A DNA stretch of 41,220 bases, from NCBI GenBank assembly GCA_039545335.1, contig BCIN01000005.1, positions 1,457,946 to 1,499,165 of the forward strand, in the 5' to 3' direction. Shown here one piece after another: positions 1 through 11,336 of this stretch. Source of the stretch: Kondoa subrosea (Eukaryota). The notes beneath the pieces were generated by a model. It saw only the letters and a program-made list of their open reading frames with translations. It had not been told where the DNA came from and searched no databases. The position numbers and the translations under genes are program-made. Each line of letters starts with the position of its first letter. Positions within the stretch are counted from its first letter, which is position 1.

Positions 1-125
1 TCCTTCTTGTCTTTAACATCGTCGACTCTCTTGCTTTCAACAACCGCTGTTGCTGCACTCTTGTTTGCCAACTGTGAGTTCAGTATAAAATGTAATCAGG
101 CGTTACTAACGCTGGCAAACAGATC

Positions 126-1225
126 ATGCATTCTAACGTTCTTCTCCCTGTTCTTCTTCTCGTCGGTACGGTCATAGCTGTCCCTCAACCTCAAGCAGAT
201 CCATCAGACCAACCTGCTTGCGTTCAGCTATGCATAAGGAAGAAGATGGAAGAAGCCAGTGAGTCTGCCTATACTACCGTAAGATGACATGTTCTGATAG
301 CATCGATGACAGAATATTTGGCCCCTGATTGCGATAGCTCCAACATCGCTTGCCTTTGCTCGACCACTTCCTTCACTAAAGCTTACGCCAATTGTCTCAA
401 AGATAACGTATATCTTTGCAAGAGGCTATGCTTTATGAGAAAGCTAACATTTGATGTGTAGTGCCCAGATGGCGATCTTGTTGCAGGAGCTGCTTACGAA
501 ATGAAGCTTTGCGGGAAGGCGTAGGTCTTGTCCATTTCTTTTGTAACAGCAGCTGACGTGGTAGAACAAAGGGATACTTCCATGAGTGGCGCGGATGTTG
601 CTTCATCAGGTACGTATGATCATTGGCTTGGTCTTCCTCCACTGGCTCTGCTGATACCAGCTTGCAGAGAAGTCCGAAGCTCCTTCAATGACAAGTTCAA
701 CCTCAGCGGACAAAACAAGCAGTACTGCGGATTCAGCTGCTGCGGGAGCTGGTAAAGTCAAGCCTAGCGTCACCTCCTCCTCTTCTTCAGACAGGTAAGT
801 CTGCCACTGAGACATATTGCAGCATCAAATTTACATTTCTCGACGCAGTGCTGCATCTCCTACATCCGAGATGATAAGTATGATCAGCTCAATCAAAGAT
901 GGAGCCATGTCAACCATGAAATCAGGCAAAGAGGATACAGCTGAATCAGATAAAGAGGAAGGCAAGCATTCTGATGAATCCATGAAATCCGAAGCTGCGT
1001 CCAAGGTGAGCCCACTGATGTGATTCTGGATCATTTTGGCTAATCCTTGTACAGACATCACAAATTGGAGCTGCAATCACTTCGGCTGCTTCTAGCATCA
1101 AGAACGATATTATCCCAGCTCTTCCTTCTGCCAGTATTATCTCAGCATCTTCTTCGGCAGTCAAGCTTGTCACACACACTTCTGGCTTGATGCTTTTGGT
1201 TGGAGCGATCGCTGCAATGCTCTGA
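126..1225 (+). CDS. Secreted CFEM-domain protein, probably GPI-anchored (multi-exon)
   Basis: Manual splicing gives a signal peptide MHSNVLLPVLLLVGTVIA. The 8-Cys CFEM pattern follows: PACVQLC...PDCDSSNIACLCSTTSFTKAYANCLKDNCPDGDLVAGAAYEMKLC. Then a Ser/Ala-rich stalk and a hydrophobic C-terminus GLMLLVGAIAAML* (TGA 1223-1225). Confidence 0.85.
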
Positions 1226-1547
1226 AATCGCATATAAACGGCAGTGTCTACTTTTCTCTTGTATAAATCAGCAGAAAGCCAGCATCAAGTGTAATACAGT
1301 CTCCTATAGACATGTACAGAAATAGTCATTAGAGACATCGGTCCGCTCCCCTTCAGTTCTAGGCGCGTTCACACACTTCTTTTCCAGCACCAAAACACTT
1401 CGTTCAGTCGTCCTCCTGCTGGTCAGGCTATACACAAACACAATTTGCGGACTCTCACACTTGGCATCTCTGATCTGCATGACACTCGTTTAACCAGAAA
1501 ACACTTCAATTTTGACGCTTTGGCCTGTGGTGCAGTAAGCAGCCAAA

Positions 1548-4500
1548 ATGCAGGAAACTCCTTATCAGCCAGTCGTAGCAAGCTCAAGTAGAAGAATAGG
1601 ACGCGCCGCGTTGCTGGAGATCAATACTAGTGAGCGATCACAAAGGTTGCATCCTGAAAATCTGTCTCCCTCGAATGCTCTATATTGCGCTTCTGCTCCT
1701 ACACGCGGCACTCATGCATCTAGATCTGACTCAACATCAAGCCGCACGTCGCTGGCATCTGCTGGTTCACCCATTCAATGGTTCTCTCCAGCTGCTTCAC
1801 CGCTGCAATCTGGAACAAACTCGCTCGACTGGTCTTCCGTACCAGTCACACCAAGTCGAAAGGGTAAAGAAAGAGCCATAGATGATGGGTTGACACGCGA
1901 GAACAAGCGCCTAGTGGATCTGGAGAGTTGTACGGGACAAGATGAGCTAGCGCCGAAGCAAGGCTCAGGTCTGCTGCCGTCGTTTGCTGGTTTGGGCCTA
2001 GGCTTGGACACATCTGGGTCGACAGTATCCACTGGTAAATCCGATTCTTACAGCTCAATCTTTCGCAGAAGATCTCGCTTCGACAATTCCAATACTTTAC
2101 CGACTCTTGCAACCTCACCGCCCCTTATGCCGATTCAGTTTGAATCGCCTGACTCCTCTACCTCTTCTATTTCTCTTGCATCTTCTGTCACTTCTTCAGC
2201 TTCAACTCAAAGCTCAAACCTACTGCATCTTTTCCCTTCTCCTTTCTCATCACTAATGCAAACAAAGTCATCAAACAACTATCTGGATCGCCTTCGAGTA
2301 GCAAGCTCGCCGAATCGTCGGCGGCACAGAAGGGACAGTCAAGCTCTCGGACTAGCAGCAAAACTGCCATTACTTCGATCTGTCAACGGTCTAATTGCCT
2401 TACTTCTGCTGGCAGGAACTTTCATGCTGCTTAGATTCGCCTTCAGTCCAAATCACACACCTGAAGACATTCATTTACCATCTTTCGGCTCCCTTTCCCC
2501 ACCTGTTGCAACTGGCTCCTCTTTAAAGTCATCAAATTTTCTCAGGAGATTCTTCAATATCCTGCCTTTGAAACGCGCGCCAACAACACTTACTACTAAT
2601 CCAGTTACGAATAATTTCCGCGAAGCACCTCATCGCGATACTTTAGTACTTTATCGTATCCTAGGCAACGATCTTCCTCCACGCCATGTTCTTGGTCAGA
2701 CATTACGCAATCTGAGATTCATGTTGGAACAAGAGTCGACTTTCACAACAGTCCAGCTCCTCTCCCGTTCCAATCTGTCAGGTATAAGAAAAGTAGAGAA
2801 ATACTTTATCCTCAACCGCATCTCTTCCGTAGAAACACTCAATGCCATTCGTGCTCTGCTAATGGAGTTCCGAATCCCTCAAGATCGAATCCTGACTATC
2901 CCTTTCGAGTGGTCTGAATACGAAAGGAGGGATATACGATGGGATGGCGGTGTGGCTGAAGCTCAGGGTGTTTGGAACATCGGACGACCGGGAGAGGAGC
3001 TGATCGAGCTCAAAGCCAGCGAGAACAAGACTTTAGCTGAGAGTGCGTTGAGCTTTCTTATCCTGGTTTGAGCAATGCTGATGCGACCTATGTAGTTGCT
3101 GCAGCTGAAGACATTCCTGGCAAGACTGCCGACAGAAATTTCTCGGCTGAAGGGATTGGAAGGTTGAGAGCAATTGATTTCACATATCACGATAAGAATA
3201 TCTATGCTATCAATAATGTAAGTATTTTGTTCCTCTCATTCATATCATACTGATGCCTATCATCGACAGAATGGCGGTCGAAACTTTGCCTTGAAACATG
3301 GTCGAACTCTGCCTCACGCTCGATGGATCCTACCCCTAGATGGCAATTGCTTCTTCACTCCTCCAGCAATGCTTTCACTGATCAACAATCTCGAGAAGCA
3401 TGGTGAAGGCGAACGCGCCAAGAGCTATGTTGTGATTCCAATGGCTCGACTCCTGGATAATTCCGCTATCCTCCATGCCAACAGTGACATCCATTCGGAG
3501 CTAGTCAATCGTACTCCTCTTCAGCAAGCAGCTCTTCTCGATGATATCGCCCAATTATCTCCCGAAGCACCCGAAGAACCTCAAATTGGCTTCCGCTTTG
3601 ACGCTACCGAATCTTACCAGCTTCAGATGCGCTACGGTCGCAGATCAAAGTTGGAACTTCTTTGGCGACTAGGTGCAGTTCCTCGTTCACGTAATCTGGA
3701 CCGAAGAACTCTGCCTTGGGAACAGTCTGACCGAGAACATCTCACTTCAGAATCTTTCGCTTCTATAAAAACTCGAGTCAGGGACACAAATGAAGTTGGA
3801 TACATGCACGCTGGCTGGGTTTATCGCTTATTCAGTGGTGATCAAAACCAAGAAATTCCCAGCAAAGAAGCAAATTCTTTGCGCAACATGAATCGGATAC
3901 GAGGAATCGTTGGCTTCCTAGAACGACTGGATGAAAAGCTCATTCGTGGTCAACTGTGTCGCGAAACAAGTCAATGCGGTTTCAACCGGAGGTTGACTTG
4001 GACTTGGAATCTGGACGATCTTGATCGAATGAGAAACCAGTATCGGGGGAAACAGCCAGCAATTCGCCAACGCATTCAAGATCTACGCAACGACGCTCTC
4101 ATAATGCAAGACGACCTCCATTTGGCTTTACGTGTCAATGCAGCAGGACTGAAGTCCTCAGATGTTAACGATGCCGCTCGAAACATCTCAACTCTGGCGC
4201 TTGCCGGCTATCTCAGCGACTCGAAAGACTTGATTCATTCTGCTGCTCAGCTCGTCCTGACTCGCTTCATAGCTAAACCGGAATCGCTACTCAAACAGAC
4301 TCTTACTATTTCAACATTACCTGGAGACGGCAGTGGCTACAACTTCCCTCATCTGCCACCATTTCATTCTGCAGCGCCTCTATGGATGTCTCTGCTGCAA
4401 TCAACCACAAAATTACCTTATCATGCAGCCCAATTTGACCCCACAACCTTACTTGATGCGTTGCGGCTGATCGAGGCAAGCAAAAGCACTCTTATTTCCA

Positions 4501-4799
4501 CACAAGCAATCAACACTCTCTTCTCACTACATCTTGCTCATCTTTTGACCGATAAAACCCAGCTTGATCTTTCTCATGCACCAATTTCACCTGAAGAAGG
4601 AGCTCAGTACGACATCCAGGTTGCAGCTTTAGCAGCTTATCTGGACGATGTTCGACTATTGAATCGAGTGAAGAACCGGTCTGTGCTTAGGTCAACACAT
4701 CAACAGCTGGATCAAGTTTTAGAGAAAGGTTTGAGAAATGTACGGGCACTAAAAGGCGCATCAGTGGACTTTGGAGATGTACAGAATACTCTATGGTAG
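1548..4799 (+). CDS. Type II membrane protein with a glycosyltransferase-like domain and a degenerate alginate-lyase-like C-terminal region (2 introns)
   Basis: ORFs 1548-3071, 3068-3253 and 3291-4799 join through GT-AG introns. One TM helix (LIALLLLAGTFMLLRFAF). Motifs LYRILGNDLPPRH, YAINNNGGRN, RWILPLDGNCF, EEPQIGFR, MRYGRRSKLELLWRLG and AGWVYRLFSG, which I recall from a fungal/bacterial family often fused to alginate lyase. Family assignment is from memory. Confidence 0.6.
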
Positions 4800-4995
4800 A
4801 AGACATATGCTGTGTTGTAATAGCTCATTCATGCATTTCGTTCTAATTTGGCAGTCAGAACAAATCTCGCTGACATTTCCTACAACAATCTACAGAAAGA
4901 CTTGCGTGCATGAAGCAAACGATAACATTTGGGACCAGCCCGTGAGAATGCATTTCTATAAGACCCAAACCCAAAATTCTACAGCCCCTAGGCGG

Positions 4996-7273
4996 TCAAT
5001 ACAGCCTTTGCTGCTTCTCCGAATCGGAAGAAGTGGTCTGCGGAGGCGAAATGATCATGTCTGCGAGAGATGGTGAGAGAAGCTCGCCTGCGAATACTGC
5101 AGGAGGCGCGATGAAATGTTGCTGTAGCTTATCAAGGTGATTTGCTGGTGTAGCCAAACGCGACTCCATGCTCGAAGTTGACGTGCTTGGGCTTGTAGAG
5201 GGATCGTCCATGTCCATCTCATCCGCCGAGCGTTTATCCGAACCTCCTTTGAGCTTCTTCTCCCATTCAACTAGCTGATAAATCAAGCCCATGTTTGGTG
5301 ACACCCACTCCGACTTGGCTTTGACAAATTCATAGGCTTGATGCATTCCCATATGTTCGCCAGCGTTTTGCAACATTACATAACCAATGACAGCACTTGC
5401 TGACCGACTGACGCCGCATTGACAGTGCACAAGTATTCTTCCTCCGCCTGAGCGTATTCGGTCAAAGAAAGCGAAGATGTTTACAAACTGTGTACAGAGA
5501 TCGGATTGGTCGTGATTCCATGGCAGTTTCATATATTCGATTGCCGGGTTTGTGAATCGTCGGTGAATTGAGTCGTTGGCGGCAGATGCTGAGGCAGAAG
5601 AAGCGGCGCGAGGTGGAGTCTTACGTCGAGTAGAAGGCGGTGAACGGGAAGGATTGCGAGGAGGAGAAGAAGACAGCTGAGATGGGGTGCGAGAGAAAGC
5701 TGCTTGCAGGTTAGGCGTGCTCGATGTGGGCCGAATGAGCAGGGAAACAGATCTTGGAGGAGAGCGCTTGGGAGCCATTGCTGGTTCAGGTGCTGCTTTC
5801 GGAGAAAAGGGCAGAAGCGTTGGTATCGAGTCAGTCGGTTCCTCCGTGCTGTCGCCCTCTGTTTCGTCTTCTTCCTCTATCACTTGTTCGCTTGCCCAAG
5901 GACAAAGTACTTCTTTAGCAACATTGAGTACTGCTTTTATCTGTAAGTTGGCCAGTATATGCGGATCTTTCGCGTTCTGATGGAGAAGCAGAGTCAGATT
6001 GCGCAAAAACACATCAATGGAATTCCGACGGACCTGTTCTGAGCCAAGATAAAGTCCAGGCAGAATTTCTATCGGCCCACTTTCGTACGGGAAAGCATCC
6101 TTGTCAGAATCGCCGCCCTCCACCTCTTTCCTATTGATCAATCGAACCGCATCACTACTGTCCCTCACTACATCCGCATCGGACCCAAATTCTGCTGCTG
6201 TACTTGTTGCTATAGGTCGATCATGAAGGTTGCCCACATTGAAAGCAGCAACACCCATATTGAGTTTCGGCAAACTTGTTCTTCTTCGCATACTCATTCC
6301 TCCCTTTCTGTACATCCAGAAAAGGTTGCATCAGACGATTGATCTTTCGCTATGATGTGACCAGGACTCACAATGCAGCTGACATAGTCATACCTGAGGC
6401 TAGACCAGGAGTAACAGCAGGTTTCCTGCTTGACGGTTGATTCGATTGATGATTGTTGACGTTCTTTGACATCGATACGCCTTCGAGAGGCGAAGGAGGA
6501 CAGGATTTGGTTTCTGTTGATGCTGTTGAAGGGACGACAAGAGACAGCTTCTTCTTGTTCAAAGCTCTTTTTGGTCTGTTTAAAGAATCTGCATGCGCCT
6601 CCGATGAAAGCCTAGAGGAAGAGGCCAAAGGGAAAGACAGAGGAGAAATGAGATTGATGGATAGAGAAGGCGATGAGTTTGGCATATCAGATGATATCGG
6701 AGGACTGTAACGACTGTTATCGCCTGGCTGAAGCTGACTTGACCATGACTGGATATTTCTGTTCAGCGACGACTGTAGATACGAAGCACAGATATTAGTA
6801 AAGTTGAACAACTTGATTTCCCTTTGTGTTGGAAAATAGCATCCGACAAGACTCACATCTGATGATCTAGCTATTGCTTGACCATTGACTGGACAAGCTG
6901 GCGAGACTGGAGCAGAAGTGAGAGCAGTTGCTACTGTGTTGATAGAGGATATGGATGACGAGACAGACAGAGTATCAGAACCGTCTTCTGTTGCGCTTCG
7001 AATTGAATCACCAGCTTCACTGAGCCGTCGTCTGTATCTAGGTCGATTGTGATGTCTTGAGTCAGTAGAATATGGAGAAGGCTGAGAGTAAGAAGTCATC
7101 ATTGCTACAGAATCATATTGAAAGGAAGACAGATTATTGTGTGCTTCGAAGCTATTGTACGCTGGCGAAGAGGGATGTATTGTAGAGTTGCTTGAGTTTA
7201 AGCTGAATTCCATGTCTTCTGATTGCTGTGCATAGCTTGAGAGTGGCGCGGCGCGCTTTGATGGTGAAGTCAT
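4996..7273 (-). CDS. Dual-specificity (MAPK) protein phosphatase, Msg5/Pmp1-like
   Basis: GPIEILPGLYLGSE, VLNVAKEV, KLPWNHD, catalytic loop VHCQCGVSRSAS and SPNMGLIYQL. Long Ser-rich N-terminus in ORF 6368-7273. Several introns. Confidence 0.9.
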
Positions 7274-8553
7274 GCTCTTGTGACAGATTTGACAGATTCA
7301 ACTTATTTGCAGCGAATGGAGCCCTAACAGAACGTAGGTGTGGATCAAGCGTGAGTACCGGAACGCTCAACTTGCTTGGAATGCCGGATCCAGCAATAGA
7401 AGTGTCGGAGTACAGCTTCGAACGTATTTCTTGAAAGGAACGCGTGAACGGTTGGAGCTTGATTTGTGTATTTGTGCGAGACCACAGCTACAGTACAGTA
7501 CAAGGAAGCCGTGGATGAGTGCAGGCTTGCTTGAAACAGGAGAAGAGGGTATCAATGCCAATGGGAATGAGCTCTTTCTTTGCGGGAAGGCGATGCTTGT
7601 GCGCAGTCTTGCTGCTGCTGCTACTGCTGCTGGCTATGCGTTGCTGCTAATGACTGTTGATAAGACAGATCCGTTGACAATTGTCCAGTTGTCTGCGCCT
7701 TTGCTTAAATTGAGGACTATTGTCTGCGACTGGGCTGAAATGAGCAACGTTGCGAGATAGCAGTTGAACGATGCAACGCAGGACAGCCTAGATTTCAAGC
7801 TAAAGCATTGGTGGACCTGGTCTAAGGTAGATTCAAAGCCGAAACATCAGGCAAGGCATGATGAAACACGAGACATGTTTCCACTTTCCGCGTTGCACGA
7901 TTCTCCGCTCTGTTGCTACATGTAACTTTGTTATGTCTACATAGTGATACATACGCGACACTAGACGTCACATCGTTGGGCATTCGCCGCGCGATTACAG
8001 TATGACCATCACGTTTGCGTTGCGCGTTTGAGAATCTTGCACATCTTGTAAAGCGAGAGAAGAAACCATAAGCCATAAACCAATGTGAAGTACGAGAAAG
8101 TAAGCCCAGATTACAGACAGACGCATGAATGGATTCGACATGATGCATAGAAATGACCTTTTTCGTCAAAGATAAGCTCAGCACCGTAAGCTTAGCACCG
8201 CGAACTCGAGAACAGACAAGCTGTTTAGTGTCAGGGATCTACCCTAGATCCCAAATGAGATTATTGTTCTGCAAGAAGGTGATCATTTTCATTCTCGCTG
8301 TACGACCTGGACAACATGGCAGAAACCCTGTTTCGATATTTTGCGACGATATAAAATCGCGACTGATCCTCAAGAAGAGGCGGCAAGTCAGTGAAGTGAA
8401 TCTGCGCAAGTCGCAAGAGCAGAGAATGCAGAGACAGAATTTTAGACAAGCGACCGCATGACGAGAGAGGGAAACAGTCATCAGCGAGCGATTATCAGTG
8501 GCTCTTGTGCAGAGAGAGAACGTCAGACTGAGTAGTATATCAAGGCACAACCC

Positions 8554-8730
8554 ATTCGAAAGTTCAGAAGCATAAATCGAGTCGACCAGAATGAATTGAA
8601 GCATTGCGTGCACAGAAAACAAGAGTTCGGATTGCAACAGCACGCTCTCTACGGCAGCGAGACCTTAGTAATCCTGAGATAGTGGCGTGGCTCCGTCGGC
8701 GGTTTTTCGAGAAGGTTGCGATTTTTCGAA
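8554..8730 (+). promoter_or_regulatory. Possible heat-shock elements upstream of YDJ1
   Basis: Imperfect nGAAn/nTTCn arrays: TTCGAAAGTTCAGAAG near 8555 and TTTCGAGAAG near 8705, 130-290 nt upstream of a chaperone ATG. Confidence 0.3.
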
Positions 8731-8840
8731 TTGAGCCCTTTATCCATTCGACGATATCCTCTGGTTTCCAGATTCTCACTCTAGAGCTATACCCTTCTGC
8801 CTTTCATTGCATCTGATATCTCTTCTACTTAAGCTGTGAC

Positions 8841-10508
8841 ATGGTTGCGTACGTTTTCTATCTCGACTGTTCAGGCAGGATTATTGTCTCACATATGGCA
8901 TGCGATACAGTGATAACAAGTTTTACGACCTTTTAGGCGTTAGCCCGGATGCCTCAGATGCTGAATTGAAGAAAGCTGTACGTTCTTGTGCAAAGCTTTC
9001 TATAGGATTTGGCTCATTAGTCATAAATTGCAGTACCGCAAGAAAGTGAGCAGCTTTATAATTAAGCAGCAATGGTGCTGATCACGCTCTTTATCGGTAA
9101 TCAGGCAATGCAACTTCATCCTGGTCAGTCAAAGTTTTCTCTGTCAAAGGTTGTAGCTTATATAAGCCAAATACAGACAAGAACCCTGATACAGCAGATC
9201 TATTCAAAGAAGTGAGTTCTTTGCATCGGCGGATAGAATTACGCTGAATATGTGTTTCTTATAGGTTTCTCATGGTTGGTAGTTCTACCAATTCGCAGGA
9301 TTTTTTGCTCACCGCTAGTATAGCCTACGAAATGCTCTCTGATCCTCAAAAGCGACAAATGTATGATCAATATGGCGAGAAGGGCTTGTCAGAAGGTGCT
9401 GGCGGAATGGGTGGTATGGATCCTCAAGATCTCTTCTCTCAATTGTTCGGCGGTGGAGGAGGTGGTGGTTTCTTCGGCGGAGGAGGCGGAGGAAGAAGAC
9501 CTCAAGGACCAAGAAAAGGCAAAGATTTAGTTCATCGGATCAAAGTTTCACTCGAAGATCTTTACAAAGGCAAAACTACAAAGCTTTCTCTACAAAAGTC
9601 AGTACTATGTGGCAAGTGCAACGGAAAAGGAGGAAAGGAAGGAGCTGTCAAACCTTGTGGTCCTTGCCGAGGTCAAGGTGTTCGTGTTACGCTCAGGCAA
9701 TTGGGACCTATGGTTCAGCAAGTCCAGCAACCTTGTAACGATTGCAACGGAGAAGGAGAAATCATTAACCAGAAAGATCGATGTAAAACATGTATGGGCA
9801 AGAAGACAAATTCGGAACGCAAAGTCATTGAAGTTCACATTGATCCTGGCATGAAAGACGGTCAAACGGTTGTTTTCAACGGGGAAGCCGATCAAGCTCC
9901 TGGTATCATTCCTGGTGATGTGGTTATTGTTATTGAAGAGAAGGAGCATCCAGTTTTCAAGAGGAAGGGAGACGATCTATACATGGAAGCGCAAGTTGAT
10001 CTCTTGACAGCTTTGGCTGGTGGGAGCATCGCTATACCGCATCTATCAGACAAGATTATCAAAGTCAACATCCTTCCCGGCGAAATTTTAAAGCCAGGTT
10101 AGTTCTGCAGTGTAAAAGGGGGTCTACTTGAAGAGCTCATGGTCGTTCTATCAACAGGAGCACTCAAGGTCGTCAAGGAACAGGGTATGCCCTCTCATCG
10201 TCATCGCGACCTGCAAGACCTATACATTCGCTTCACCGTCAACTTCCCGGAGACCCTTCCTGAACAGTCCTTTGCTCTTCTCGAACAAGCTCTGCCTCCA
10301 AGAGTGGAACCTACGATCCCGAAGAAAGGCTATGTCGAGGATGTCTATCTCTCTGATGTCGATCACGCACAGCAAGCGAGGAAAGAAGATGCAATGGATG
10401 AAGATGAAGACGAAGGACAAGCTGGTCCAGGAGTACAGGTGAGTCTTTCTTCTCTGTTCTGTTGCAGCTGGCTCAGAGGTGTTGCTTTCGCAGTGTGCTC
10501 AACAATAG
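8841..10508 (+). CDS. YDJ1: Type I DnaJ/Hsp40 co-chaperone (Ydj1/Mas5)
   Basis: J-domain assembled from small exons (MVADNKFYDLLGV...AYRKKAMQLHPDKNPD). G/F-rich region, four CxxCxGxG-type zinc motifs, and a C-terminal CAAX box CAQQ* (TAG 10506-10508). Confidence 0.95.
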
Positions 10509-11034
10509 TGTGTTGTGTTTCGGGTCGCAGGTGATTAATCTAGATTGAGGTTATAGATCGTTGAATGCATTCGTTGTATATAGTCATTGGGCGAATGATA
10601 ATCATTGTTGCACGTGCCTAAACACTGTATCTTTCGACTACAGGATACCAATCTCGTAGTGGATTTTTTCTTTCATTACGTGACACCACTTTGCTGCTTC
10701 GAGGAGCTTGCGCGACGTATAACGATGCCTGGACAGCGCCCACGCGTCATATGCCTGGTATGCCTCGTTTCTACTATGACTCCCTTCACTTTGCAGCAAC
10801 TTCTCTAAACTGCTGCGTTGCCAAGTTTCGTGTGCTCAGCTTTTGTTTCTTTGAAAGTACTGCAATTGGCGGCAAATGTCTTGAGGCCAGGCTCAGCTGA
10901 TGTGATTGCTTATGTGAAGCAAAAACAAAATCGCCTTTTGCGTCCGAATTCCGCTAGCGCAGTGTTCCGCTGCAAAGCTTAAATTTGTATGATGGTTGAC
11001 CTGTTGGAGGATTGCTCAACTGATCTATACGGCT

Positions 11035-11050
11035 TCTCTCTCTCTCTCTC
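11035..11050 (+). repeat. (TC)8 microsatellite upstream of the RGS-LOV gene
   Basis: Read directly: tctctctctctctctc. Confidence 0.8.
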
Positions 11051-11336
11051 TTCGTTCTTTAGAAGGGAACCGCCTTTGTCTTTTTAACTTCGTTTGTTTC
11101 CGTTGAACATCTCATCGCGACACCGCTCCAATTCTGGATTCAAGCACAACAAGCAATTTATCCGCGCTCCACCATCAGCTGAACACCAAACAGATTAGGG
11201 CTACTACTACAGATATCTTTGGCGAAAGACCTCAACTCAATTTCAAGTTCAGCCATTCGGGCTATCTTGACTGGTGGAACCTATTTGTTGCGCAGAACAC
11301 GCTTGATCAAGGCTCTTCCGCGCCCAACCAGTCATA

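Noticed and set aside
7338..8816. Short ORFs in the divergent phosphatase/YDJ1 intergenic region, and the many antisense ORFs elsewhere in the track
   Set aside because: No motifs or coherent exon chains; consistent with UTR/promoter sequence or shadows of real genes.
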